This document shows positions 45,009 through 55,053 of a stretch of 64,000 nt of DNA, piece after piece; the first letter of the stretch is position 1; every line of letters begins with the position of its first letter. The translations under genes and the position numbers were made by a program. A model generated the notes under the pieces. That model ran no database searches. It was not told the DNA's origin and worked only from the letters and a program-made list of their open reading frames with translations. Origin of the DNA: Phycisphaerales bacterium (GTDB lineage Bacteria; Planctomycetota; Phycisphaerae; Phycisphaerales; UBA1924); NCBI GenBank assembly GCA_965227775.1, contig OZ245777.1:32001-96000 (forward strand), given 5' to 3'.

Positions 45009-45998
45009 ATGCCTTCAGGAGCCAACGTGGTGTGTGACACCCCCCTCTCGCAACTTCGCGCGGCAACACCCGCCGTGGTGATGACGCTCAACCGCAAGGG
45101 CATCACCACCGTGGGTGAGCTGCTGGCCGCGTCGTTCGACGAGGTCGCCTACCAGCTCGATAGCTTCGACGACGCCGAAGTCCTCATCGATGAGGCCAAG
45201 CAGGTCGCCGAGAAGGCAGACGCCGACAACCACGACGATCAACCCGCCGACGAACACGCGGATCAATCCGATGCGCAGGAGGATGCCTCGATGGACCAGC
45301 AGGGCGACCAGCACCACGGCGACGACAAGGGTGATAGCCAGCGGCAGGAAGCCAAGGCCAGTGGCGACACAAAGCCCACGCCGCCACCCACGCCAAAGCC
45401 CACGAGCGGGCAGATCGGACTCGCGACGGCCATGCAGGCCGTGCTCAGCCTCGACGGCGGCGCGTTCGCGTCCATGCAGGCATCCTCGGCAGCCGCCCAG
45501 CGGCTCGCGGCCGCAGCGCTCATCATCCAGCACGGTGGCGGCGAAGACGAAGCCGTCGCCAGCGGCCTTCTTGACACCATCGATCCCAACGCGCCCTGCG
45601 TCGACCGAAACGATGCCACCGTGCGCTTCGGCGAGCCGGCCGTCGATCTTCTTGAGCGAGCGGAGCTCCTGCTTACCGTACCCATGAGCCCCAGCGGCAA
45701 GCCCTCGAACGTTCACGCCAAGCTCGTCGAGGTCGCAGACCCCTCGGCCCTGCTCGTCGCCACATGCGGCGCCGTTGCGTCGGCCCGGGCCGTCCTCGCC
45801 CGCTACCAAAGCTCGGGCGATCAGGCGTGGAGCCTCTTCAAGGGCGGGCGAGACTTCGCCGTCTGGTACTTCGGCTCGATCTGCAAGGCCCTCGGCCCAG
45901 CACTCAAGAAGGCCGGCAAGGAGAGCCTGAGCCACGAGCTCTGGTCGGTCGTGCGGGCCCTCGAGGCGACCGGCACCGACGACCGCAAGGCCGCCTGA
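45009..45998 (+). CDS. HhH-like N-terminal domain fused to a degenerate HD (Mesh1/small alarmone hydrolase-like) domain
   Basis: LNRKGITTVGELL; GGGEDEAVASGLLDT, RFGEPAV, LLVA, W.LFKGGR..WYF. Confidence 0.6.
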   Translation: MPSGANVVCDTPLSQLRAATPAVVMTLNRKGITTVGELLAASFDEVAYQLDSFDDAEVLIDEAKQVAEKADADNHDDQPADEHADQSDAQEDASMDQQGDQHHGDDKGDSQRQEAKASGDTKPTPPPTPKPTSGQIGLATAMQAVLSLDGGAFASMQASSAAAQRLAAAALIIQHGGGEDEAVASGLLDTIDPNAPCVDRNDATVRFGEPAVDLLERAELLLTVPMSPSGKPSNVHAKLVEVADPSALLVATCGAVASARAVLARYQSSGDQAWSLFKGGRDFAVWYFGSICKALGPALKKAGKESLSHELWSVVRALEATGTDDRKAA

Positions 45999-46116
45999 AC
46001 CGGCGTTCACGCAGCCACACTTTCCCAGAGAACCCCGCCGCAGGTCGATATGGTTGGGGCCTGACGGGGTGCGATTGCGCCCCCTTCACGTTGCTCCAAG
46101 GCCAGGAGGGCCCGCC

Positions 46117-48600
46117 ATGTCAACACCTACCGAGGCCGTCCTCAAGTACCGCGAGGCCATCCTCCGCCACGTCGGGCACGACCAGTACGCACCTTCAACG
46201 GTCAACCAGCTCGCCGAAGACCTCCGCGCAGAAGACGCCGACCAGTTCCAATCCGCCGTCGAAGCCCTGGTCGACCAGGGCCTGCTCTCCATGAGCAATG
46301 CCGGCCAGGTCATGCTGCCCAGCTTCGGCGACGCCGCCGGCGAGGTCGAGGGCACCTTTAACCGAAATCCAAAGGGCTTCGGCTTCCTCCGCCCGGATGT
46401 CCGCGTGCGCGAGGGACACGTCTTCGTCTCGCCCGAGGACACCATGGGCGCCCTCTCGGGAGACCGCGTCCGCGCCAAGATCCGCCGCGACCGCAAGCGC
46501 GAGTCCTCCGGCCGCGGCGGCTTCGGCCCCCAATACGTTGCCACCATCGTCGAGATCCTCGAGCGCAAGCGCTCCAGCTACGCCGCCACCATGCAGAAAC
46601 GCGGCACCACCTGGCTGGCCATGCCCGACGGCGACACATCCATCGGCCCGGTCGTCATCGCCGACGCCGACAGCAAGCATGTGAGCGAGGGCGACAAGGT
46701 CGTCATCGACCTCACCGAGTACCCCGAGGGCAACGCGCTCGCCGAGGGCGTCATCACGCGCGTGCTGGGCGAAGCCGGCCAGCCCGACGTCGAGACACAG
46801 GCCATCATCGCCGCCTTCGCGCTGCCGTCAGACGACTTCCCCGACGACTGCCTCGATCAGGCCCGCGAATCCACGCGATACTTCGACGACGCCGTCGCGC
46901 GCTTCCTGAGCGAGGGCCCCAGCGCCCTGCCCGACCGCCTCGACCTCACCGAAGACTACATCACCACCATCGACCCGCCCGACGCCAAGGACTACGACGA
47001 CGCCATCAGCGTCAAGCGCACCGACAATGGCTGGGAGCTGGGCATCCATATCGCCGACGTCGCCCACTTCATCGCTCCTGGCTCAGCGCTCGATGTCGAA
47101 GCCCGCGAGCGCGGCAACAGCGTCTACCTGCCCCGCCACGTCATCCCGATGCTGCCAGAGATCCTCTCCAACGGCATCTGCTCGCTGCAGCCCCAGGTCC
47201 CGCGCTTCGCCAAGAGCATCTTCATCCACTACGACCTCTCGGGCCGTGTCACGCGCACCGGTGCCGCCCAGACCATCATCAACAGCGCCAAGCGCATGAC
47301 CTATCTCGAAGCCCAGGCACTGATCGAGGGCAACGAGGAAGAAGCGAAGAAGCACGCCCGCACCGCGCCCGAGTACACCCCGAAGCTCAAGAACACCGTC
47401 AAGCTCATGGACGAACTCGCGCGCACGATCCGCGAGCGCCGCCGCGCCGCGGGCATGATCCACCTCGACCTGCCCGACGCCGAGCTCATCTACGACGACA
47501 ACGGCCACGTCGTCGATGCCGAGCCCGAGGACGACGCCTTCACCCACACCATCATCGAGATGTTCATGGTTGAGGCCAATGAGGCCGTCGCCCGCCTCTT
47601 CGAGCGCATGAACGTCCCCGTCATGCGCCGCGTGCACCCCGCCCCCACGCCCGCAGGCATGGAAGAAGCCCAGAAGGTCGCCAAGGTCGCCGGCTACACC
47701 ATCCCCAAGAACCCAACCCGCGAGCAGCTCCAGAGCATCCTCGACGCAACACGCGGCAAGGCCTCGGGCCGCGCCGTGCACATGGCAGTCCTGCGCACGC
47801 TGTCCAAGGCCGAGTACTCACCCGCACCCATCGGCCACTTCGCGCTCGCCAGCGACGCCTACTCCCACTTCACCAGCCCCATCCGCCGCTACGCCGACCT
47901 GCTCACCCACCGCCTGCTGCAGGACTACCTCGCCCTGACCGACAACGGCCAGAAGCCTCCGAAGGGCGAGAAAGAAATGAAGCTGCTTGGCCGCAAGCTT
48001 GCCGACACCGAGTCGTTCATCGCGCAGGAAGACCTGGTCACCATCGGCCGCCACATCAGCGATACCGAGGCCAACGCCGCCGACGCCGAACGCGAGCTGC
48101 GCAGCTTCCTCGTGCTCCAGCTGCTCTCCAACAAGGTCGGCGAAGTCTTCGACGGTGTCGTCACCGGCCTGAACACACGCGGCATCTTCATCCAGATCGA
48201 CAAGTACCTCGCCGACGGCTTCATCAAGGTCGAGGACCTTCCCGGCGACGTCACCCGCGGCGGCAAAGCGCCCAAGTGGATCACCGTGCGCGACACCGGC
48301 GCCCTCGTCGACAAGAACTCCGGACGCAGCTTCAACTTCGGCGACCGCATCCGCGTGCAGATCGGCGCCGTCGACCTGCCCAAGCGCCGCCTCGAGCTGC
48401 TCGTCGCCGACGCCGAGAGCCGGGCCGCGGGCAAGGCCGTGACAAAGGGCGTCGAGGGCCTCACGCTGGGCAGCGGAGGCGGTGGGCTCGAATCGACCGA
48501 AGGTGCCGGCTTCAAGAAGATGCCCGGCGGCACCCGGCGGAGCCGCAAGAGCAAGGCCCGCGACCGCAACAAGAAGGACTACCGCCGAGACAAGAAGTAG
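46117..48600 (+). CDS. rnr: Ribonuclease R
   Basis: KGFGFL cold-shock domain, TIDPPDAKDYDDA, HIADV, IEMFM, HFTSPIRRYADL, S1 domain, basic tail. Confidence 0.93.
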   Translation: MSTPTEAVLKYREAILRHVGHDQYAPSTVNQLAEDLRAEDADQFQSAVEALVDQGLLSMSNAGQVMLPSFGDAAGEVEGTFNRNPKGFGFLRPDVRVREGHVFVSPEDTMGALSGDRVRAKIRRDRKRESSGRGGFGPQYVATIVEILERKRSSYAATMQKRGTTWLAMPDGDTSIGPVVIADADSKHVSEGDKVVIDLTEYPEGNALAEGVITRVLGEAGQPDVETQAIIAAFALPSDDFPDDCLDQARESTRYFDDAVARFLSEGPSALPDRLDLTEDYITTIDPPDAKDYDDAISVKRTDNGWELGIHIADVAHFIAPGSALDVEARERGNSVYLPRHVIPMLPEILSNGICSLQPQVPRFAKSIFIHYDLSGRVTRTGAAQTIINSAKRMTYLEAQALIEGNEEEAKKHARTAPEYTPKLKNTVKLMDELARTIRERRRAAGMIHLDLPDAELIYDDNGHVVDAEPEDDAFTHTIIEMFMVEANEAVARLFERMNVPVMRRVHPAPTPAGMEEAQKVAKVAGYTIPKNPTREQLQSILDATRGKASGRAVHMAVLRTLSKAEYSPAPIGHFALASDAYSHFTSPIRRYADLLTHRLLQDYLALTDNGQKPPKGEKEMKLLGRKLADTESFIAQEDLVTIGRHISDTEANAADAERELRSFLVLQLLSNKVGEVFDGVVTGLNTRGIFIQIDKYLADGFIKVEDLPGDVTRGGKAPKWITVRDTGALVDKNSGRSFNFGDRIRVQIGAVDLPKRRLELLVADAESRAAGKAVTKGVEGLTLGSGGGGLESTEGAGFKKMPGGTRRSRKSKARDRNKKDYRRDKK

Positions 48601-48606
48601 CGGCCG

Positions 48607-50469
48607 TCAGTCTCGCGACCACTCGGGGTCGCCGAAGCTCACCCGGCCAGGGCGCTCGTCCTTCCACGGTGCGCCTTCGATCACCCCACGAGCCGCGTCG
48701 ACGCCCTGCCGTCCGGCGTGACCGTCGACCTCGGGCGGCGCTGGCGGCTCATCGCGCAGCAGGTGCAGCGTCTGCGTGGGGAACGCGAACTGCACGCCGA
48801 GCTTCTGCGCCACACGCATGACGTCGAGCAAAAATCTCTCCCGCTCGCGTAGCTCGACGGCCCAGTCGGGGCACGCGTGGAACATATACACCAGCACGTC
48901 GATGCTGTGCGGGCCGAAGCGGTTAAGGTACACGTGGTAAGTGTCCTTCCGCGTGTACGGATGCCTCCGGATGAGCTCGCGCACGCCCTCACAGAACGCT
49001 TCGACGGCCTCCGGCGGAGTGCCGTACGTCAGCCCGATGTGCGTGGTGAATCGCCGATACCGACGCCGTCCATAGTTGTCGACGGTCGCGCGCACCAGCG
49101 TGGCATTGGGAACGGTGACCACCGAATCGTAGAACGTGCGGATGCGCGTCGATCGGATGCCCAGCTCCTCGACCGTGCCCTCGACGTCGTCGACGACGAC
49201 CCAGTCGCCCACCTCGAACGGCCGATCGGCGATAACCGCGATCGATCCGAAGAAGTTTTCGATCGTGTCCTTCGCCGCAAACGCGACCGCAAGGCCGCCG
49301 ATGCCAAGGCCCGTGAGCAGCGGCAGAATCTCGTAGTCGAGCGCGCTGGCGACGTAGATCACGCCGAACACCGTCACAAGGACCTTGGCCGTCTTTCGCG
49401 CCAGCGGCAGCAGCAAGTCGTCGATCTTGGTCGCGGTGGACTTCGCCTTCTTTGCGAGCACATCGCACACCAGGTCGACAAGGCGATACGCCGCCCAGAT
49501 GGCCGCCAGCGTGAGCACCGAGAGCACGGCCACGCGGATGATCGCCTCGGGCACAGGCGGAAGCCCGAGCATGAACTGCCCCACGTACCAGACCGCCGCG
49601 CCGGCAAGCAGCGCGAACGGCCGCGACGCGCGGCGGACCACCTTTGGATCCGCTTCAACGCCACGCCGGGCAAAGAACACCCACCACAGGAAGCGCACGA
49701 ACAGCCCGGCAAGCAGATCCGCCAGGAAGCCCGTGAACACGATGAGGACGATCAGCAGCCACTTCCACGCCGCGATGCCCGCCAGCTTGCCCCACAGCAC
49801 GCGCTCAGGCAACACGCCATCGAGCCGCTGCGCCACCCACTGCTCGATCCGAAGCGGCAGCGTGAGCTCGCCGCTCTCTTCTCCCCATCGCACGGACAGG
49901 CGGCTGATCTTGCGGAAGAGCTCCTCAGAGCCCTCGACCGTCGCGGTCGAGAACACCCACGCCCCGTCCGCCGTGCGTGTCAGCGAGATCTCATGCTCGC
50001 CGGCAACCTCACGCGCCCCGCGCTGGCCCAACGAGACGGCGCCCTTCCCGTCGTACGGAAAGTACGTAAAGCTGTCGATGGGCGCGCCGCGCTGGATCGC
50101 CGCGTCCAGCTCTTCGGCTCCTGGCAACGCGTAGCGCGAGACCGGCCCCATGCGCTTCAGCGACTCGTGCAGGCGAATGGCCGCGTTAACCGCCGTCACC
50201 GCTTCGGGCCCAGAGAGGCCCAGCGCCTGGGCGAGCTCGTCTTCCGCGAGCGCCCGCTCCCGGCTGAATCCCTGGCTCGACCGATATCGCTCGACCGCCC
50301 GCAGGAAGGTCATCATCGTCGACCGCGGGCTGTCGAACAGAACGTCAACGGTCGACGCGGGCGAGGTTTCCGTCGCCGCTGGCTCGCCCTGCTGGACCGA
50401 TTCGGGCCCCTGCCCCCACGAAACTTGCGAGAACGAGAACACGAGACACATCAGGGCAATGCGCAGCAT
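48607..50469 (-). CDS. MscS family mechanosensitive channel with periplasmic N-terminal domain
   Basis: LGIGGLAVAFAAKDTIENFFG, DRPFEVGDW, GTVEELGIRSTRIRT, FAFPTQT. Confidence 0.92.
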   Translation of the reverse strand: MLRIALMCLVFSFSQVSWGQGPESVQQGEPAATETSPASTVDVLFDSPRSTMMTFLRAVERYRSSQGFSRERALAEDELAQALGLSGPEAVTAVNAAIRLHESLKRMGPVSRYALPGAEELDAAIQRGAPIDSFTYFPYDGKGAVSLGQRGAREVAGEHEISLTRTADGAWVFSTATVEGSEELFRKISRLSVRWGEESGELTLPLRIEQWVAQRLDGVLPERVLWGKLAGIAAWKWLLIVLIVFTGFLADLLAGLFVRFLWWVFFARRGVEADPKVVRRASRPFALLAGAAVWYVGQFMLGLPPVPEAIIRVAVLSVLTLAAIWAAYRLVDLVCDVLAKKAKSTATKIDDLLLPLARKTAKVLVTVFGVIYVASALDYEILPLLTGLGIGGLAVAFAAKDTIENFFGSIAVIADRPFEVGDWVVVDDVEGTVEELGIRSTRIRTFYDSVVTVPNATLVRATVDNYGRRRYRRFTTHIGLTYGTPPEAVEAFCEGVRELIRRHPYTRKDTYHVYLNRFGPHSIDVLVYMFHACPDWAVELRERERFLLDVMRVAQKLGVQFAFPTQTLHLLRDEPPAPPEVDGHAGRQGVDAARGVIEGAPWKDERPGRVSFGDPEWSRD

Positions 50470-50512
50470 CGCCCATGCTAGTGTGCCCTCGGCCGCCGTT
50501 CACTCAAGACGC

Positions 50513-51964
50513 TCAGGTCGTCCGCCGGCTCTCCCAGGGCCCAGTGATCGCCAGTGTCAGCCCCGCCGTCTGGATGTTCACGAACATCGTCGTCCCATCC
50601 GGGCTGAAGCACGCGCCGGCAAACTCGCTGTGGCTCCGCGCGTTGCGGCCGAGCTTGTAGATCCGTCCCTCGGGCGTGACACCCACCAGATACTGCTCGT
50701 CCGCCCCGTCCTCGCAGATCACCAGATCGCCGAACGGCGCCACCGTGATGTTGTCGGCGTTGTCGACCAGGCCCGCGTCGTTGGGCTCGATGAACAGCTC
50801 CAGCACACCCGGCTGCCGATCCTCACCGCTCGAGCCCTCGGCCGGCGAAGGCGTGTACCGCCAGATCTGGCCCTTGTTGATACGCCCCCCACTCGTGCAC
50901 GCGAAGTACGCCGACGCCGGCGAGTCGTCGGCAAGCGCCCCCCACCACATGCCCTCGCCGCGAGCAAACCGGGCCGCACCCTTCGCGAAGCCGCGCTTAC
51001 GCAGGTCGTCCTTGGGGCTCTCGACATTCTCCATGTCGATCCACCGGACCTCAAGCCGCTCGCCGATCGCGACCTTCTGCCGTTGCCAGTTCCGCGTGTC
51101 GAGGCTCAGCTTGCCCTTGATGCTCAGCGCCTGCAGCTTCCCGCCGTCGCGCAGCTTGCCGGGCGTGTTGGGCACGAAGCGGTAGACGAGCCCATCGTGC
51201 CGATCCTCGGTCTGGTACACGATGCCCGTGTCCGGATGCACGCACACCGCCTCATGCATGAACCGGCCCATCGCCTTCAGCGGCACGGGATCGGCAAGCC
51301 CGGGCGTCGCGCTCGCGGGCACCTCGAAGTTGTACCCGTGGTCCTTCTCGTAGATCTTCTTGTCGCCGTACCGGTCGCTCGCGCGCTCGGCCGTCTCCTC
51401 GCACGTAATCCACGAGCCCCAGGGCGTCGGCCCGCCCGCACAATTGCGGATCGTTCCCGCCAGCGACAAGTACTCCTTCTCCACCGTGCCCGTTCGAGTG
51501 TCGTACACGATCGTCGTCGTGCCGCCGTAGCTGTGGTACTCGCCAAACCCCGCGTCGTAGAACTTCGCCCGCGGCAAGCGCCCCGCAAGCCGCTGCCCGT
51601 CGCCATACGGGCTGCCGTTCTTCTTGCTCGGGTCGAGCTCGTGGTTGCGCACGATGATCGTCGTACCGTTCGGCCCTTCGAACGCACCCATCGCGTCGGG
51701 CAAGCCCGGCACCAGCAGCCCATCGCTCATGGTCTGCCCGATGCGGCTGATGACCTGGTACCGAAACCCTGCCGGCAGATCGAGGATCTTGTTCGGATCG
51801 GCGCGCAACGGCCCGAATCCAAGCCCGATCGCATCGCTCGCCGGCGTCGCGAACGCATTGCCGGCAAACAGCGCCTGCAGGCCACCAAACCCAAGCGTGA
51901 CCGCAGCGGCCGACTGCAGGAACTGGCGGCGGGTTGGCTCCACGTTGGTGTGCACGGTCGTCAT
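50513..51964 (-). CDS. phoX: PhoX family alkaline phosphatase (DUF839), Tat-exported
   Basis: TRRQFL Tat signal; RNHE, NCAGGPTPWGSWITCEE, MGRFMHEA, DNITV, SEFAG..FSPDG.TMFVNIQ. Confidence 0.88.
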   Translation of the reverse strand: MTTVHTNVEPTRRQFLQSAAAVTLGFGGLQALFAGNAFATPASDAIGLGFGPLRADPNKILDLPAGFRYQVISRIGQTMSDGLLVPGLPDAMGAFEGPNGTTIIVRNHELDPSKKNGSPYGDGQRLAGRLPRAKFYDAGFGEYHSYGGTTTIVYDTRTGTVEKEYLSLAGTIRNCAGGPTPWGSWITCEETAERASDRYGDKKIYEKDHGYNFEVPASATPGLADPVPLKAMGRFMHEAVCVHPDTGIVYQTEDRHDGLVYRFVPNTPGKLRDGGKLQALSIKGKLSLDTRNWQRQKVAIGERLEVRWIDMENVESPKDDLRKRGFAKGAARFARGEGMWWGALADDSPASAYFACTSGGRINKGQIWRYTPSPAEGSSGEDRQPGVLELFIEPNDAGLVDNADNITVAPFGDLVICEDGADEQYLVGVTPEGRIYKLGRNARSHSEFAGACFSPDGTTMFVNIQTAGLTLAITGPWESRRTT

Positions 51965-52070
51965 GCCAAAAAGATACAAACCCACCAACGGCGGTGGCCG
52001 TATCCAAGGGATTGTATGAGCCAGATTTAGCGCCCGCTTTGCGCAGCCGTCGCTCTAGAGTCAGCCCGTC

Positions 52071-53180
52071 ATGCCACGCCAGGCGACAAAGACCATCCGG
52101 ACCCTCCTGGGAGGATGCCGCTGGCGCTGGCATCGTCGCATCGCCTCGCTTCTCTTCGCCGGCGCCCTGCTCTCCGTGATCTCGAGCTGGATCGCGCAGT
52201 GGCACGGATTCGTTACCTCGCGACAAGTCCGATGGGTGCAAGGTCCCCGGCCGGGCTTTATCACCAGTATTGGCCCCGCCGGCGGCCTATACGACAGCGG
52301 CGACGGCGTCGGGCTCTACGACGAATCCATGAGTCCGCTTTCGGCGGTCTACCCGGCCCCACAACACACGGTCGGCCACCCCGCAGAAATCCTCTGGACC
52401 TTGCACTCGATCGACTGGAACGGCTCGATCGAGTGGTCGGCCCGGCGCAATCGCTGGGATGCGCAGGCCCCGCTCGAAGGCTACAACAGCGCCAGCGAAA
52501 CACTCCATCTCAAGCCCTCGAGAGGACACTCGTTCTACGACAGGAACTCGTTCTACGCCTTCCACGCGAGCACGCAGCCACCGGCATGGCTCACCCAAGC
52601 GCACAAGCTCACTCCTCGACGGGCCGAGCATGCCAGGATACGTAACGGCGATGCAACCTCGGCCCGACCTTTCCTGGATGAAACACGCGGCTGGGTCGCC
52701 GCCTCCGCATTCCTTCCCGTGCCGGGTCACAGCGACGTCGACAGCGCGATCCCCGTCGAACGCTGGTCCGCCCAACGCGCCGGCTGGCCGATGCACGCCA
52801 TGATGACCGAGCAGTACGCCATCGGCCCGCGACCGCCCATCGAACGCGTGCAAGACATGCCCCTCATCAGCCTCCGCCACGGCCTGCGCGGCGGCCTCAT
52901 CCTCCACCACCTACCCCAACACCCGTTGCTCCACCCGCTGGGCCACCACAGCTTGCCGCTCGTGCCGGTGTGGCCCGGCTTCGCGGTCAATGCCGCGTTC
53001 TACGCAGCATGCGTCGCCACGCTCTGGCTCGCCGCCGCCACAACGCACCACATCCTGGGCACCAAACGCCGTCGCCGCAAACGCGGCCAATGCGAAGCCT
53101 GCGGCTACGACCTCACGGGATTGGAACAATGCCCCGAATGCGGAAGCCCAGCAGCACCGAGAATCAAGCCATGCGACTGA
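52071..53180 (+). CDS. Membrane protein with C-terminal zinc ribbon
   Basis: Two TMs, AGWPM and LPLVPVWPGF, then RRRRKRGQCEACGYDLTGLEQCPECG. Confidence 0.7.
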   Translation: MPRQATKTIRTLLGGCRWRWHRRIASLLFAGALLSVISSWIAQWHGFVTSRQVRWVQGPRPGFITSIGPAGGLYDSGDGVGLYDESMSPLSAVYPAPQHTVGHPAEILWTLHSIDWNGSIEWSARRNRWDAQAPLEGYNSASETLHLKPSRGHSFYDRNSFYAFHASTQPPAWLTQAHKLTPRRAEHARIRNGDATSARPFLDETRGWVAASAFLPVPGHSDVDSAIPVERWSAQRAGWPMHAMMTEQYAIGPRPPIERVQDMPLISLRHGLRGGLILHHLPQHPLLHPLGHHSLPLVPVWPGFAVNAAFYAACVATLWLAAATTHHILGTKRRRRKRGQCEACGYDLTGLEQCPECGSPAAPRIKPCD

Positions 53181-53941
53181 CCCTCAGGGGCAAACACAAG
53201 CGGTGGTTCGGTCACCCAGCAATCATCGCTGTGCTGTTCGGACTCCTCGTGGCTGACTACATCTCGATCCCCAGCGGTTACTGGCGAGGCGGCTCAACCG
53301 TCAAGACCAAGATCGAGCACCTCACCGGTACGTGGGACAGAGTCCTAGTTTCGCCGCGCCTGTTCCCAGGCGTGTACATGCACAAAGGCAACGAGATCGA
53401 ACTAATCTGGGAGACCTTTACGCCCATCCCCGGACAATTGACCCTTGGCGACTTGAAGCAGCCCGGTGGTCGTATCGACCAATCATGGGGCTATCTCGGT
53501 AGCCCGACCTGGCGAAGAATTGAACTCCGCGGCTTCTATCACATCACGCACAAACAGACGTCCCACGCATTCGATCCGGGATTGACGCCCGACCAAACCT
53601 CCCGCATGATGGAGCTCTTCATCGAGCGATCCGAGTCGATTCCCCACACCCACGAACTTGCGGCATTTTCTTCTGAGTTCGCAGAGATCCGCGACTTGTA
53701 CGCCCAAGGAAAGACCTCCGAACGCACGCCCATCCCCATCGGTTACTACCGAAATGCTGTTGCACTCGCTCTTCTCGTTCTCCTCGTCGTTGCTATTGCC
53801 CGAGGCCGCACCGACCTCTGGCTCAAAGCCTTGAAAAACCGCCTCCTCAAACGCTACCCGCCCGGCCACTGCCCCCAATGCGGCTACGACGCTCGCGGCC
53901 TCGAGACCTGCCCCGAGTGCGGCGCCGACCTCGCCACCTAA
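53171..53941 (+). CDS. Membrane protein with C-terminal zinc ribbon
   Basis: Two TMs; C-terminal GHCPQCGYDARGLETCPECG; start overlaps the previous stop. Confidence 0.7.
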   Translation: MRLTLRGKHKRWFGHPAIIAVLFGLLVADYISIPSGYWRGGSTVKTKIEHLTGTWDRVLVSPRLFPGVYMHKGNEIELIWETFTPIPGQLTLGDLKQPGGRIDQSWGYLGSPTWRRIELRGFYHITHKQTSHAFDPGLTPDQTSRMMELFIERSESIPHTHELAAFSSEFAEIRDLYAQGKTSERTPIPIGYYRNAVALALLVLLVVAIARGRTDLWLKALKNRLLKRYPPGHCPQCGYDARGLETCPECGADLAT

Positions 53942-54942
53942 GCAATCATCGCCGTCGTCACCACGTTCTCGGGCGGCACGCTCCCGGCCTCGAAGCCCGT
54001 GAGGTTCGCGATCGTCGTCTCGGCAATGTTCGACAACGCCTCGCGCGTGAAGAAGCCCTGGTGGCCCGTGATGAGCACGTTGGGGAACGTCAGCAGCCGG
54101 GCAAACACCTCGTCATCCAGGATCTCACTCGAAAGGTCCTTGAAGAACAGGTCACCCTCCTCTTCGTACACGTCGATGCCCAGCGACCCGAGCGTGCGCT
54201 TCTTGAGCGCGTCGATCACCGCGCGCGTGTCCACCACCGCCCCGCGGCTGGTGTTGATCAGCATCGCGCCGTCCTTCATCTTCCCGAGTGCCTCGGAATC
54301 GATCAGGTGCCGCGTCTTGGGCGTCAGCGGGCAATGCAGCGAGACGATGTCGCTCTCTCGCAGCAGCCGATCCATGTCCACGAACTCGATGCCGAGCGCA
54401 CGACCCTCTTCGCTCGGCTCGACATCGAACGCGAGCACACGGCAGCCAAAGCCCAGCAAGATCCGGCACGCCGCAAGCCCGATCCGCCCCGTCCCCACGA
54501 CGCCGGCCGTCTTGCCCTTCATGTCGAAGCCCATGAGCCCATCGAGCGCGAAGTTCCGCTCGCGCACGCGGTTGTACGCCCGGTGGATCTTGCGATTCAG
54601 GCACAGCATCAAGCCGATCGCGTGCTCGGCAACCGCCTCGGGCGAGTACGCCGGCACACGCGCGACCGCGACGCCGAGCCGCTCGGCCGCCTCCAGGTCC
54701 ACCTGGTTGAACCCCGCCGCCCGCAACGCCACCAGCCCGACGCCGCACGCACGCAGCCGCTCCAGCACCGCAGCCGAGGCATCGTCCTGGCTGAACACCA
54801 CGACCGCCCCAAACCCCTTGGCAAGCTCAGCCGTCACCTCGCGCAGCGACGCTTCAACGAAGTGCAACTCGTGCCGCCCCCCGTTGGACTCTTCCAAGGC
54901 CCGCCTGTCGAACGCCCGAGTGCTGTACACCAGTGCCTTCAT
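53938..54942 (-). CDS. ldhA: D-lactate / D-2-hydroxyacid dehydrogenase
   Basis: LRAAGFNQVD, VPAYSPEAVAEH, GTGRIG, INTSRG, DVYEEE, NVLITGHQGFFTREAL. Confidence 0.88.
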   Translation of the reverse strand: MKALVYSTRAFDRRALEESNGGRHELHFVEASLREVTAELAKGFGAVVVFSQDDASAAVLERLRACGVGLVALRAAGFNQVDLEAAERLGVAVARVPAYSPEAVAEHAIGLMLCLNRKIHRAYNRVRERNFALDGLMGFDMKGKTAGVVGTGRIGLAACRILLGFGCRVLAFDVEPSEEGRALGIEFVDMDRLLRESDIVSLHCPLTPKTRHLIDSEALGKMKDGAMLINTSRGAVVDTRAVIDALKKRTLGSLGIDVYEEEGDLFFKDLSSEILDDEVFARLLTFPNVLITGHQGFFTREALSNIAETTIANLTGFEAGSVPPENVVTTAMIA

Positions 54943-54997
54943 GGCGAATCCAAGCCCGCAGAGGACAGCCCGGCAAGCAGCACCGCGCCACCGAACA

Positions 54998-55029
54998 AGA
55001 AGCCCGCGACCGCACGGCCGCGGGCTTCT
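54998..55029 (-). terminator. Intrinsic terminator after the S8 protease gene
   Basis: AGAAGCCCGCG...CGCGGGCTTCT inverted repeat with T-rich flanks. Confidence 0.6.
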
Positions 55030-55053
55030 ATTTCATAATCGAAACTCGATCGC

